DNA of 64,000 nucleotides from Octopus bimaculoides (GCF_001194135.2 NC_068981.1:26681182-26745181); one strand, 5' to 3'. Shown: positions 26,661-41,167, counted from the stretch's first letter. Made by a program: numbers and translations. Notes: generated by a model from the sequence alone, not told the origin.

Positions 26661-29420
26661 CAGAAACTAGTGAATTTGGGAAACATACACACATACACTT
26701 ATATGTGTGCATGAATATGGAGTGATAAGTTTGTTTCTGTTGTTGACTTGGAAAGAAAGATATAATAAATAGATATTCTATACGATGAAACACAGGTATC
26801 ATCTAAATGTGTTCCTTGTTTCATCGCCAGAAAAATTGTTTTGAAATGTTAAACAATCTCTGTATTTGATTATATCAACTTCAGCATCATTCAATAAGCT
26901 ATAACTAAAGTAAGGAAGCTCAGAATGGTATCTTTATTTAAAATGAAACAGCAACTATATAAAAAAGAAATAATAAATAAGTCGACTAAAGTACAACAGA
27001 ATGCAAAAATATGGGACTAAATACTGTATGCTATTTCGATGTTTTCATATAACTTTTATTTATCTTCCTATTGATCTTAAATATTTCAAATCGTATTAGA
27101 AAACACAGATAATAATTTTTTCAAATCATATTGGTGATAAGAATAATTAATGTGATTTCGTTTCATGAACTGTTTTTGTTAATAAATCCAGCTTAAGAGA
27201 TTAAAGCTGCCAATCGCATTCAGATATCAGCTGGAGTCGATTTATTTTCTTTGTCTTCAGTGAAGCCACAATTGAAAATTCTACAACGCACAAGCATGTC
27301 GAAGATTGCTGGCTTCAGGAGTTGAACTGTTTTCTCACACTCGACGACCAGTATTTATTCATAAAGCTATTAAAAAAATTGAAGCAATAATTTCTGTTTA
27401 ATTTTTACTTCCTGACGTATACATATCACTAGTCACTTGTACGAGTTGGTTTCCTTCATAGGAACGTCGAGGTTTATACTCACACACATACGCAGCCACA
27501 CACACACACACGCAGACACACACACGCACGCACACGCACAAACACATAAGACAATCAGCACAAACAGAACACACGCACACAAACACACACATAAATATAT
27601 TTACTTAACGCGGATATCTTCAGTAATTTCAAAGAAAATTTCCAAATTTTTAATTATTTATGTGGCAATATTGGTTTTACATGATTAAAATGTTCCCATT
27701 TAAACAATTAAATTCATTCGAATCTTATGTTGTTATAAAAAAAAATGTATTTTGTAAATATAGTAATTTTTAGTGGGAACTATTTACCTATTATTCGTCA
27801 TTCTATTATTAAAAAAATATTTAATGCGTATATGATCCATAAATCAAGCATTTAATTTATGCCCACCGTATTCAAACTTTGAAGTGAGAAAACTGCATAT
27901 TTATTAATTGTCAAATGTGTATATACATAAATAGACAATCAAACGAACAATGATGAATTAAAGACTGCTTCCAGAAAGAAATCTCTGCCTCAGTCCCCCT
28001 TTTTTATTTAATGTGCGATGACATTTCGATAATTTGACGCAATCCTTTAGAAACCTAGATTATTTATCTTTGCAAAATTGAATAAATTTGAATAATTAAA
28101 CGATAATCAAATTTTATAAATTATGATTATTCTACAGAACGAAAACAACTTTCCATCATTCGGACTCTGTTGATACTCAAAACTAACATCAGCCAAAAGA
28201 GTCTAAGCATATTTGCCATTTATATTTCATTGTCTCATTATTTATTATTATTTTATTTATATTTATGATTACTTCCAATGATACTAACAGTTTCAGTGGA
28301 AATTTCGAACTATAAGAATGGGTGGTCGTTGAGTTTAGAACTCCAGTTTCAACCAAAATGGTATCTCCGAGAATACAGATAGGAATCAATATTACTATTT
28401 TACCTTCGTTTAGTTGGTAGGGAAGTTTCATGCAATGACAGTGTATTGAGATGAATTAATTTTGGAGATATTTCGATGCAAATGAAAATGAAATCAACAA
28501 TACTGGTGTGTATAAAAAAAATATCTTGTGTAAATGGAATAAATAACTACTTGCAAGTCAGTTATCAATACTGATTTCTGTGTACATTATCAACAGCTTT
28601 AGTGAATTATCAACAAGAAATTATAAAATGCGTATTGTTGATACTGTATTTGCTTTTAAATCNNNNNNNNNNNNNNNNNNNNNNNNNNNNNNNNNNNNNN
28701 NNNNNNNNNNNNNNNNNNNNNNNNNNNNNNNNNNNNNNNNNNNNNNNNNNNNNNNNNNNNNNNNNNNNNNNNNNNNNNNNNNNNNNNNNNNNNNNNNNNN
28801 NNNNNNNNNNNNNNNNNNNNNNNNNNNNNNNNNNNNNNNNNNNNNNNNNNNNNNNNNNNNNNNNNNNNNNNNNNNNNNNNNNNNNNNNNNNNNNNNNNNN
28901 NNNNNNNNNNNNNNNNNNNNNNNNNNNNNNNNNNNNNNNNNNNNNNNNNNNNNNNNNNNNNNNNNNNNNNNNNNNNNNNNNNNNNNNNNNNNNNNNNNNN
29001 NNNNNNNNNNNNNNNNNNNNNNNNNNNNNNNNNNNNNNNNNNNNNNNNNNNNNNNNNNNNNNNNNNNNNNNNNNNNNNNNNNNNNNNNNNNNNNNNNNNN
29101 NNNNNNNNNNNNNNNNNNNNNNNNNNNNNNNNNNNNNNNNNNNNNNNNNNNNNNNNNNNNNNNNNNNNNNNNNNNNNNNNNNNNNNNNNNNNNNNNNNNN
29201 NNNNNNNNNNNNNNNNNNNNNNNNNNNNNNNNNNNNNNNNNNNNNNNNNNNNNNNNNNNNNNNNNNNNNNNNNNNNNNNNNNNNNNNNNNNNNNNNNNNN
29301 NNNNNNNNNNNNNNNNNNNNNNNNNNNNNNNNNNNNNNNNNNNNNNNNNNNNNNNNNNNNNNNNNNNNNNNNNNNNNNNNNNNNNNNNNNNNATATATAT
29401 ATATATATATATATATATAT

Positions 29421-29576
29421 ACGTTGAGCTTCTTTTAGTTTCCGTCTACCAAATTCACTCACAAGCATTTGTTCGGCCCGAGAGTATAGTAGAATACACT
29501 TGTCAAAAGTGCCATGCTATGGGACTGAACTCAGAACTGTGTGGTTAGCAAGCAAGCGACTTACCACAAAGCCACT
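29421..29576 (-). mobile_element. SINE family C, head half (rest lost in gap)
   Basis: TTTCCGTCTACCAAATTCACTCACAAG...TCGGCCCGAG...TATAGTAGAA...TTACCACAAAGCCACT matches 9955-10094. Confidence 0.85.
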
Positions 29577-30800
29577 ATACACGCACACACACACATACAC
29601 ACACGCACACAGATATGGCTCACATCAGATACGTTGGTACTTTTGAGTTTCGAGCGTAATACTAGTCGCCAGTCATTTTAAATTGGAAGGGGTGGCATGT
29701 GCAATTATATAGAACTATCTTACTGCTCCCCACGCCGACAACAACCTGACCGATTTCCTAATCGCTACGTGATCTATTTCCTGTCTTCCACGTGGTCAAT
29801 TTCCTGTTCACCATGCGGTATTTTCCAACTAACTGTTACCCATATACCAACACCAAACCACGACACCGTGTGACCTTCCTCGACCAGTCGCAGCCCCCCT
29901 TACGGTAATAACAATCAACTTTTGTCAATCAAATTCAAAATGGCTGACGACTTCACGTTTGAAATTCAAGAGTTCCAACGAATTTGAATCAGACTGTTTT
30001 GATCCATACGTGTAACTCCAAATAAATTTGTTGGGNNNNNNNNNNNNNNNNNNNNNNNNNNNNNNNNNNNNNNNNNNNNNNNNNNNNNNNNNNNNNNNNN
30101 NNNNNNNNNNNNNNNNNNNNNNNNNNNNNNNNNNNNNNNNNNNNNNNNNNNNNNNNNNNNNNNNNNNNNNNNNNNNNNNNNNNNNNNNNNNNNNNNNNNN
30201 NNNNNNNNNNNNNNNNNNNNNNNNNNNNNNNNNNNNNNNNNNNNNNNNNNNNNNNNNNNNNNNNNNNNNNNNNNNNNNNNNNNNNNNNNNNNNNNNNNNN
30301 NNNNNNNNNNNNNNNNNNNNNNNNNNNNNNNNNNNNNNNNNNNNNNNNNNNNNNNNNNNNNNNNNNNNNNNNNNNNNNNNNNNNNNNNNNNNNNNNNNNN
30401 NNNNNNNNNNNNNNNNNNNNNNNNNNNNNNNNNNNNNNNNNNNNNNNNNNNNNNNNNNNNNNNNNNNNNNNNNNNNNNNNNNNNNNNNNNNNNNNNNNNN
30501 NNNNNNNNNNNNNNNNNNNNNNNNNNNNNNNNNNNNNNNNNNNNNNNNNNNNNNNNNNNNNNNNNNNNNNNNNNNNNNNNNNNNNNNNNNNNNNNNNNNN
30601 NNNNNNNNNNNNNNNNNNNNNNNNNNNNNNNNNNNNNNNNNNNNNNNNNNNNNNNNNNNNNNNNNNNNNNNNNNNNNNNNNNNNNNNNNNNNNNNNNNNN
30701 NNNNNNNNNNNNNNNNNNNNNNNNNNNNNNNNNNNNNNNNNNNNNNNNNNNNNNNNNNNNNNNNNNNNNNNNNNNNNNNNNNNNNNNNTGTGTGTGTGTG

Positions 30801-30835
<35 letters not shown>

Positions 30836-32123
30836 ATGTGTTTATTTGTGTGGGTGTATACATGCACATATAACAGTAACGCCTACAAAATGAAAATAGA
30901 TTTGAGAATTAAAGAGACAACTTGTAAAGTTACTTGTAAAATTACTTGTGTCCTGTAGAATATATACTAATGATAGTAAAGGGACATAAGACCTGTCTGC
31001 CATTTATAATGTATATACAAATGTAAAACAACACTAGTAGTCATATTTAGTTTCTCTGAAGTGGAATTGTTACAATCACCACTGCGTTATGAGGGAAATT
31101 GTATTTTAACAAACATATTTTGTTAACTGAACATTTTTCTCTTTTCTTGAAAATGTTCCAAAGTCTATATTCATGTTAAATAATTTTATGCACGTTATTG
31201 AAGACCCAACAAAGTGTTGTTTTAAGAAAGAAAACTGACCTGTTAGCTGAAACGATGAAGGGTAAAAAATAGTAAATAATACAATGAACACAGTCATTGA
31301 AAATGTTTCACAATCTTACTGTCAATATATTCACCAAACTTCGAAATCAATAAAAATCAGTTTGATATTTTTCTTACTTTTAATACTTTCCCAATTGGCA
31401 CTGCCGATGTACCAGAGACAGTGACCTAAATAATCATTAATGATCTGTTCAGTCTTAACACTCACTCATTCTATCTTACATTCGCACATACACAACTACG
31501 CACATACACATGCATACAACTATTTTTTTTTGTTTTGTAATATTATCCTCCTTTAATTTTGGCATTGTTTTTTTCTTATTCCCAAGATGTTAAAATCTTG
31601 AATTTGTTGCAGTCCATGTAGCTTTACTATTTTCTCCAATGTAATTTGCGTCTTGTAACTGATCAACTAAATAAATCTATATCCTGTTTGTACAATTAGC
31701 ATCTGATGATGTACACATCTGTTGTTCTTCCACCTTTGGCTTAACGTATTAACTATGTGAAAAGTAAGATCCAAAACTCCAGTTCACAAAATGCGGTTTC
31801 CAATTTTAGTTCTATGTAAACGAACGTATGCAAAGTTAGTGTTTGGCGCTATACCAGTATAACAATTACCAATGATACTCCATCCATACGATCCGCCATT
31901 TTGTTTATATAGGACTATATAATCTAATGTTTCTTACATGAAGATTGTCGATTATTCTTTGAAAATGGAGTGGCTGTTACTACTGTCATGTCGATTCAAT
32001 ATGTAGAAAGTTGTAAAAGAATATGCAACGGCAAATCTTGTCATCTACGCAAGAATACTCATGCGCACAAACACACACAAATACACACACATATATGCAG
32101 ACACGCACACACNNNNNNNNNNC

Positions 32124-32515
32124 CATACTACTGAGACAAGGGCACCAGACATGATTATAGAGGACAAAATAAACAAACAATGCAAGATCATTGATTTTTG
32201 CAATTGCTTATGATAATAGAGTCGGCACCTAAGAAATGAAAAAAATTGAAAAATTCCACGATCTAAGAGGACTATAGAAGACCAAGACAACAATTTTTCC
32301 TGTAGTAATACGTGCACAGCATCTCAGATGCTACCTAAAAGAGGAAAAAAAAAAAGAAGACTGAAAGAAATTAGAATTTAAATTCGCATCGTTGACCTTC
32401 AGAAAAGTAGGATCTTTTCTACAAAAGTCTTAAGAAAAATCTTTGGGATTTGAGGAAACTTGTTGTTACCCAACCTCAAAGAAAACACCTAACTAAATTA
32501 ACATAAACTACCGAG
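32124..32515 (+). mobile_element. 3' end of an R4/Dong-clade non-LTR retrotransposon (restriction-like endonuclease remnant)
   Basis: Reads APDMIIEDKINKQCKIIDF/AIAYDNRV...KKIEKFHDL...FPVVI...LQKS...VLRKIFGI* (the PD...D REL motif, decayed). Immediately followed by a long (TAA)n. Confidence 0.8.
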
Positions 32516-32626
<111 letters not shown>

Positions 32627-32673
32627 TTAAAAAAAAAGGATTGACGTAACTCTTCACGAAGGTAAATAGTCAA

Positions 32674-32980
32674 GACGAAGAGTGCGATTTTACATGTTTT
32701 ATTTTTTTAACAATATTTCGACAGAACGTCTGTCTTTCTCAAGTTCAAACCCAAAGGTGATTGAAAATTCAAAATTTCAGAAACCAAACGTAAACTATGA
32801 ACGAGAATAACCAGCGTCCATACGTTGATGGAATGACATCATCAGTTTTTGTCAGTTTTTGTCAGTTTGGTTTCTGAAATTTTGAATTTTCAATCACCTT
32901 TGGGTTTGAACTTGAGAAAGACAGACGTTCTGTCGAAATATTGTTCAAAAAATAAAACATCTAAAATCGGACTCTTCGTC
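32674..32980. mobile_element. 307-bp MITE with 116-bp near-perfect terminal inverted repeats
   Basis: 32674-32789 (GACGAAGAGTGCGATTTTAC...TTCAGAAACCAAAC) versus 32865-32980 (GTTTGGTTTCTGAA...ACTCTTCGTC), only about 3-4 mismatches. Flanks are TCAA on the left and TTAA on the right. Confidence 0.93.
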
Positions 32981-33011
<31 letters not shown>

Positions 33012-33013
<2 letters not shown>

Positions 33014-34040
33014 GTTAATATCAAAAGAAGAATTTTCCAAGTGCATTCGTTGTCCCCTTTGATAATTGTCGTATGTTTGATCCACTTCAGTTTAGTATTA
33101 AAGAAAGCAAATGCAGGTTATCAGTTCAGAAATAGTAATGGAAAGATTAACCATTTTCTCTACAAGGTTGATCTGAAGCTTTTTAGTAAGAATAAAAATT
33201 AGATAGATTCCTTAATACATACTGTAAGACTCTTCAGCAACGATATAAGCATGGAATTTCGCATAGATAAGTGTGCAATTTTAATCATGAGAAAGGAACA
33301 GGTAGTCAACAATTAAGGCATCCAATTACCAGATGGCCGGACATGAAAATCATTGAAAGGAGGAGAAAGTTATAAGTATCTAGGTGTATTAGAATCTGAC
33401 AGAGTACTAACTACAGAAACGAAAACAAAAATTGAGGAGTACATCAGAAATGTGAGGAAGTCAGTGAAGTCAAAGCTAAATTGTCCGAATCTAGTTAAGG
33501 TTGTAAATACTTGGGCAGTATCATTGCTTAGATACTCAGCAGCTTTTATAGAATGGACAAATACTGAATTAGCAAAGCTAGACAGAAGAGCTAGGAAGGA
33601 ATTCAATATGAATGGAGGACTCCAGCCAAGGACAGGAATAGCAAGATTATACCTGCATTGAAAGGAAAGCGGATGAGAGTTAATATTAGTAGAAGACTGC
33701 GTGGAATTAGCTAGAATAGATATAGACTTCTATGTAGGTAATAGTGAAGAAAGTTTATTAAAAGTTGCTAGAGTCACAACAGGAAACATGTAAACCAAAA
33801 ACCCAAACGAAGTAAAAAAAAGAAACAAAACAGAAAAGAGAACAGAAATTATCTGACTGGCACGAGAAGGCGTTGCATGGTTGAATCCAAAAGATAGTTA
33901 AAACAAATAGTAGTGAGACATGGTTATGGTTGCCGAAAGGAAAGCTGAAGTGGGAGAGAGAAAATTTGTTAGTAGCTGCACAAAATAAAGCATTAATGAC
34001 TAATTGGGTAAAAGCGAAGAAAGACAAAAATCAAGAAGCG
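33012..34040 (+). mobile_element. 5'- and 3'-truncated R4/Dong-clade retrotransposon (RT C-terminal half, decayed)
   Basis: Begins right after (TAA)n with IKRRIFQVHSLSPL (cf. GIFQGDSLSPL), then INHFLYKVDLKLF (cf. LLYMDDLKLY), MEFRIDKCA, YKYLGVLE, VNTWAVSLLRYS, LDRRARK, IARLYL and LVAAQNKAL. Confidence 0.9.
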
Positions 34041-34352
34041 GATATTTATACAGAATAGTATATATATTTTACAGAATAGTATACACCATTCTGTAAAATA
34101 TTCATTTCTTCATCTTTAAATAGGAAACTGTATAAGAAAAAAATAGGCATAAAAAATAACGGTAAAGAAAGAAATAAAATGTTCCAATATGAAAGCAGCA
34201 AATCAGGCCAATCAGGAAGTCCTTCAGCATCTGAATTACCCTTATGGCGAAGGGTATGTTCCCTCTCCATGTAGTACACTTCGGGCCACAGGTGCATTCT
34301 GAATGTATGTTCTTTCACATAGGCCTTTTCAACCAATCCCAAGAAATTTACA

Positions 34353-34677
34353 TTTATTATTTTTAATTTATGCGCCCTTTTAAAGCCTAGCCGGGTTCAT
34401 GGGCCCAGTTTCCCGGTTTCTATGGCGTATGTGTCCCCCCTCCCCAGCTGGACGGGACGCCAATCCATCGCAGCGTTACTCAAGAAACAGGAAGAAAGAG
34501 TAAGAGAAAGTTGGGACAAAAGAGAAAAACAGGGGTTGCCACCACCCCCTGCCGGAGCCTCGTGGTGCTTTAGGTGTTTTCGCCCAATAACCACACACAG
34601 TGCCCGGTCTGAGAATCGAAACCGTGATCCTCCGACCGCGAGTCCGCTGCCCTAACTACTGGGCCATTTCGCTTCCA
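34353..34677 (-). mobile_element. SINE family A, full length, with 14-bp target-site duplication
   Basis: TSD CCAAGAAATTTACA at 34339-34352 and 34678-34691. tRNA-like head with A/B boxes. The central GCTGCGATGGATTGGCGTCCCGTCCAG resembles the V-domain of V-SINEs (from memory). Confidence 0.92.
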
Positions 34678-34952
34678 CCAAGAAATTTACAGGACAACAG
34701 TAATTTCCCCACCACTTTAAACTTTCTTATTTAGTGGATCCTGAATAAGTTAATGAAGGTCTCACCGGTGTCAACTAAACATTATCTACCAGAAGATACT
34801 ATTCAAACAGTGATCATCTACAACCAGAATCGCTCATAAGCCACCGTCATTCGTCTTCAAATAACTTACTTTAAAACACGTGTTAATCAGCCAACCGCAT
34901 TGTCGAACTTGTATAGTACATTGACCGTCAATAAGCATACAATAGTAGTAGT

Positions 34953-35019
<67 letters not shown>

Positions 35020-35513
35020 AACAAGAATTATTTTAAAAGAAAGGTTAGAAAAAAAAAAGCGGAGGTGGTGAAGAATGCGAAAGAAGAAATTAGCGAAATA
35101 TATGTAAATGAAGAGAGATTGAATAGCGAACGTGTCGACTGTAATTAGTTACTTAGCTGGGGGTATGGGTGAAGCTGAATGAGAAAAGTGCACAGTTTAA
35201 TTAACGTATAGAAGTGAAGCAGATTGTCAGCATCAGCGGTAGTAGCATACGGTATCGTGTGTGAAAGTACAAAACAAACAAAAAAGAAGTAAATAGATAA
35301 ATGAATGCTGAAAAATAAATATTACTGACCGGAAGTAGTCCGTATATTTTAAATGCACCTGTAGAGAAAGGATTAGCAAATTCTTGGCTGTCTGAAATCA
35401 TTGTTCTATTGCGGTCGGCATGTAATTGGTACTGCTAATCTAACGTTAAAACTAAAACCCACAACCTAGCAACGCTATTCATTTTTGTAATAGCTGTAAC
35501 GGTAATGGACTAC

Positions 35514-35551
<38 letters not shown>

Positions 35552-35702
35552 ACAACAGCTACACCAACAACAAAGACAATAATAATGAAGATGATGATGG
35601 TGATGATTGACAAGGAGCTCGTAAACTAATTAAAATTTCCATGCAACTTCCAAATTCCAGGAACTGATAACGTCACAAATTTTTGGCTGACGGCAGAATA
35701 CA

Positions 35703-35733
<31 letters not shown>

Positions 35734-35786
35734 CTATATACGTACGTACATACATACGTACATGCATGCGTACATACATACATACA

Positions 35787-35819
<33 letters not shown>

Positions 35820-37620
35820 GCATATATACATATAAATGAATTACAAGTGAACAAGAATCACGTAAACAACTTCAGTAGCTTATAGCTGATTCTGCTGCAT
35901 AAAGTGCGCACAGAGTTTTGATTTTGTGCAATATCCAATTGCTTCATCGGAGCCATTGCAAATGTTACATGTATGCCTATACGTATGTTTATATGTGTGT
36001 ATGTGTGTGTATATTATGTCAGATCACTCTATAGAGTACATGTCAAGAAGAGTACGTTTTTATGGTCACACAACTTCCAAGAAAAACTGCTTTGATTTCA
36101 TGATCATGACTAAAAAAATTTCACCTGAGATTTGTTTGGTTAGAAGTGATCTGGTTTAAATAAAGGGAAGAAATAAGAACAACGCCAAATATAATACAAT
36201 ATAAATGGAAGTGATGCTCCTAAAAAACGTATACATTTTTATATATCACTTGCCATAACTTGAATAAATTGTTGATTTCTTTTGATCTGGAGCAAGACAG
36301 GACTAATACAATAACGTAACGATTCGCCCAGTTTAACAAGAGACTCCATTTAGCCTTTATCAAAATCCATTCTGCTGCATGAATTTCGTGCCAAGTCTAC
36401 GAGTTGGGGGATAATTTCCTCCTTTCCTGTTAGCAATCTCAGAAGACCAGAATAAGGAAATGGAGTAAGACTCACTTTCTTCTACCAGACTTGAAAAATT
36501 TCAAAGTTGATTTAAATATATTACTGGTACTTTTTTCTATCGTCTCCTCCAAAAGATTAAAAATCAAAATCGTCCTAAGCTTCAAAAGAAAAGGATAGAA
36601 AGGACACGAAATTATTTCGTTTATAGAATTTCTGCGACACCAAAGACTAAATTCTGAGATTCTTTAGTATCATATATCTAGTAAAACCCTCAGCCAATTT
36701 CCCTTAAAGAAACCCATCGGATGTAGATGGCAACTGTATGAAATCAGTTGGATGGGTTGAACCTGAAAATCAAAAGGTACAAATTCGTTACTTAGGCTAT
36801 CACGTTGATTATGCCTGATGATTATGTTATGCGTATACGTGTCTGTGGAATGCCAAATCATTTACACTTTAATTCAGAAACAAGCTATTCAGTTGATCGA
36901 AGAACTGAATCCTCGACTTCGAAAGATGGACATCCACCATATATATTTTTACGGCTCACCCGAATCAATAAATTAGGTCCCAGTAATATACTTGAGTTCA
37001 TTAGAACACAGATTCTCCACTCTATACAAACTGCGTAGCTTTTTAAAAACACGAAACGTAAATGTTTAGAATACGAAGATTGAATCACCATGAACGAAAG
37101 GTAAGCACTAAGGAAAAACACCCAGATATATTCATTTCACTATGACTGGCTGATGTATAAATACATACATACATGAATACCTGAACGAAATTAATATATT
37201 TCAAGGTACGATGCTTACAGTGATATCAGTAATCACCTACTTTTCAGAAAGACTAGTTGAATTTATAAAATCTTTGAAATAATTTGGTGAATACAATGTT
37301 CGTTGATACACGCAAACATCTATATTTACGTAAGAAGCACACAGAAACTACAAAACAGGACATATATTCATATAAGCAGAGACATGCATGTGTATCACAC
37401 ACGGAATCACACATGCACATACACCGACATACATAACACGCGCGCGCACGCACACATAAACACACACATGATTGTATACATATATGTGCGTGTGCATGCA
37501 TGTATGTATTTGTGTATACATGTATGTACGTGTGTCTATATAACTACATGTATACATACAGCTATGTTTCACAAGTATCTATGCATAAACATATAAAGAA
37601 ATCTATTCAAGTTAAGTATA

Positions 37621-37654
<34 letters not shown>

Positions 37655-37878
37655 ATATATATATATTATAGTTGTGCGTGACGTGTTTATCTACGCGCAT
37701 ACAGAAAATTACACACAAAACACATTTTCACAAAACCCCGCTCATAGTATATACGTACATAATACACAAACACGCGCATATACATGCATATATAAATATA
37801 TTTATACATGTATATTTATATGTGTTTGCATATGTGCATGTGTGTTATCAACTTGATGTCCAAATACACGAGCATGTA

Positions 37879-37916
<38 letters not shown>

Positions 37917-39600
37917 GCATATAATGCATTTGAAAGTGAGGGGTAATCGTGGATAGTGGTTTGGTGAGTTGATAGAAACAGTTTCCCGGGAGAGAACACG
38001 ATTACAAATGGAGCAAGTATAGATATGTCGAGAACGAAAATCAAGTTTAGATTGTATGTCACCATGATTGATGGTGCTACAATTTGTAACGTACTGGAGG
38101 GATGGTGGTGGACAACGTATGATGAAGGACATCACTTATCACTGCTTCATGATGTATTGTATTTAACCATATCTTTTAAAAGAACGAACAAATAACGATG
38201 ATCTGGTAGCAGTCTATTGGAATTGGTTTTGATTTCGCCTGATGGCCAGAACATAAATCATTACATAGTGTGCAGGAAGTGATGTCAAACTGAAATAAGG
38301 TGGGAGAAAATGTCGGAAGAAAAACTGCGTAAAAAGACTATAGAGTCCATCCAAAATGTTCCAGAAATTTTGATTAAAAAAAAAATTCCCCCGAATATTA
38401 GGTTTTGTTTGATACAGTACCCCATCTTACCCAACAATAAAAAGACTTAACACATAATGGTATCTTTATATTAGCTATAAGGTCAATATTTGAATGGGAA
38501 TAGTGGTATAGTTAATTGAAACGTTGTCAGACATCGGGGTATGGTTGATCACCTTCAAAAGTAGTTTGGATGGCAAAGAAATTTCAAATATATTCTCAAA
38601 ATCGTTCCAAACTGCCTATGTATAATTTATACATTAATACAAATATGCATTCACGTTGTAGCTTCCAGTTTAAGTATCTAATTTGAAAATTATATCAGCC
38701 ATTTCCTTTTTGTACATATTTCTCGAATGACGACCTTCTAACAATTACACACACACACACATATTGTATAAAAGATCGCGGGTAAGGCCAAAAGAATGCG
38801 AAGTAAATGCAAGGTAAATCACAAGAAAACAAACGTGCGAATTAATATAGACTTACCTTGTATTCAATATTTCGGGGTTATGACCCCATTTTCAAGAAAT
38901 TGACGAATGTTGCCGATGTGCCGATGATTTAACTTGCGTTTAATTCGCATTGTTTGGCCTTACCCACGATGTTTTATACAATATATTCTAAACAACAATG
39001 CTTCACAGTATTTATTCCATATATATANNNNNNNNNNNNNNNNNNNNNNNNNNNNNNNNNNNNNNNNNNNNNNNNNNNNNNNNNNNNNNNNNNNNNNNNN
39101 NNNNNNNNNNNNNNNNNNNNNNNNNNNNNNNNNNNNNNNNNNNNNNNNNNNNNNNNNNNNNNNNNNNNNNNNNNNNNNNNNNNNNNNNNNNNNNNNNNNN
39201 NNNNNNNNNNNNNNNNNNNNNNNNNNNNNNNNNNNNNNNNNNNNNNNNNNNNNNNNNNNNNNNNNNNNNNNNNNNNNNNNNNNNNNNNNNNNNNNNNNNN
39301 NNNNNNNNNNNNNNNNNNNNNNNNNNNNNNNNNNNNNNNNNNNNNNNNNNNNNNNNNNNNNNNNNNNNNNNNNNNNNNNNNNNNNNNNNNNNNNNNNNNN
39401 NNNNNNNNNNNNNNNNNNNNNNNNNNNNNNNNNNNNNNNNNNNNNNNNNNNNNNNNNNNNNNNNNNNNNNNNNNNNNNNNNNNNNNNNNNNNNNNNNNNN
39501 NNNNNNNNNNNNNNNNNNNNNNNNNNNNNNNNNNNNNNNNNNNNNNNNNNNNNNNNNNNNNNNNNNNNNNNNNNNNNNNNNNNNNNNNNNNTATATATAT

Positions 39601-40150
39601 AACTGGAACAACAACAGATCATGCTAAACGATGGTAAGAAAAGCCTTCACGGCAAATACTCAGTTAAACTAGACAGAAAAAAATAGACAAAGCAAAATCT
39701 CAGCAATGGTTGAGCAACTCATGACGCAAAGCAGAAGCAAGGATTTTAAATTGCAGCACAAGATGAAAGCCTTACCACTAGAAATTACCAAAATCATATA
39801 ATGAAAAGAAATACAAGTAACTGCAGAATATGTGAAGATGGGGAGAAACAATAAATCATATTGCCTGTGGTTGCACAGGCCTAGCTAAGAAGGAATATAA
39901 TCACATCACGATGGAGTTGGAACCTATATACACTGCAAGCGATGCCAACACTATGGAATAACAACAGGAAAAAAGATGGTATAGGCACACACCAGAAAAG
40001 GTTACAGAAAATGAGAAAGCAGATGTACTCTGGGATATGCCAATACACACAGATAGAGAAATAAGACCAAAAGACCGGATATAGTTATCACAGATCACCA
40101 AGAGAAAAAAATGCATTCTAATCGATGTAGGAATACCAACATATGACAGT
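39601..40150 (+). mobile_element. R4/Dong-clade retrotransposon fragment (zinc knuckle plus REL endonuclease)
   Basis: Reads IAAQDESLTTRNYQNHIM...NCRICEDG/ETINHIACGCTGLAKKEY...WYRHTPEKVTENEKADVLWDMPIHTDREI...RPDIVITD.../CILIDVGIP, with frameshifts. Confidence 0.9.
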
Positions 40151-40763
40151 AGCATATAGCCAGTAGCATGTATATGAAAAAGTATAGGTAAATTATCAAA
40201 TGCTGTGCAAAATAAATTTATGATCTCTTAAAATTGTCTCCACTTTGAGGGAATTTGCCTCGGTTGCTAAATACTAATTGAGACCACCTGAACATGAAAA
40301 GAGAAAATAACCTCAAAATTCAAGCATTCTGCAAATTGGACATGCCATCAAAAAAGGACACAGTTATTGTCTGGAGATAAGGTGTGATGAGCTGGGAATA
40401 CGTTTGTCTGCCTCTAATGGCATCATCAACACGACATTTGTTCTCCCATGATTCTTGCAGCCAGGAAATATAAACATCTGCAAAAAAGAATTCTAGAAAG
40501 GGATATACATTTAACAAATGAAGAAATTTATTGCATAGAATTTGGTATACCCGTATTTTTACCTACGGTGCTCATATACATTCTGAAGTATTTTTCTTAG
40601 CTTATTTCTATTTAAGTTATGATAATTACTTAGGCTATAAATTTGTTTTACTCTTTTTGTATATATGCATATTCCTTGAGTGTAATTGTGTATATTTTAT
40701 ATAAATTATATATATATATATATATATATNNNNNNNNNNNNNNNNNNNNNNNNNNNNNNNNNN

Positions 40764-40800
<37 letters not shown>

Positions 40801-41167
40801 CGTGTGAGAGGGTGAGTGAAAGCGTGTATGTGTGTGTAAGGAGAAAGACAGATTTTTCTATAAATACTTATATACATTATATACAATGTATACACATTCA
40901 CGTTCACATATTCCAGCATACAAAAATACATATAAGCGTCAGTGTGCGAGTGTGTGTGCGAGTGTGTGTGCGAGTGTGTGTGTTTGTGTGTGTGTTTGTG
41001 TGTGTAAATAATGGGAGAGGTAGAATAAAGATTGAAGAAAGGATATTAGGGAACAGCAAAAGTAGATAGAGGATAACAGTAAAACTGAATGTGAAATAGC
41101 GTGTGCGAAAGAGAGAGGGAGTAGAGAGAGTAGTGAGAGAGAATTGAGAGAGAGAGTAGACAGAGAG

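Noticed and set aside
28291-28360. Possible 70-nt + strand exon (TACTAACAG acceptor, open frame)
   Set aside because: The donor (GTATCT) is weak, the peptide is unrecognised, and splicing it to the 49510 candidate would create a TGA stop.
34600-34677. tRNA-Arg-like sequence with A and B boxes
   Set aside because: It is the head of a TSD-flanked SINE without a complete acceptor stem, so it is not a tRNA gene. The same applies to the other SINE heads.
34046-34720. Minus-strand frame stays open across the empty site when the SINE is removed
   Set aside because: It gains only about 13 codons, has no good acceptor, and the distal part is low complexity.
36670-36762. Strong minus-strand acceptor (TTTTGATTTTCAG|G)
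   Set aside because: All frames stop within about 30 codons, there is no clear donor and no homology.
40320-40477. Minus-strand acceptor plus open frame DVYISWLQESWENK...
   Set aside because: It ends in a stop without a donor and the peptide is unrecognised. There is no independent support.
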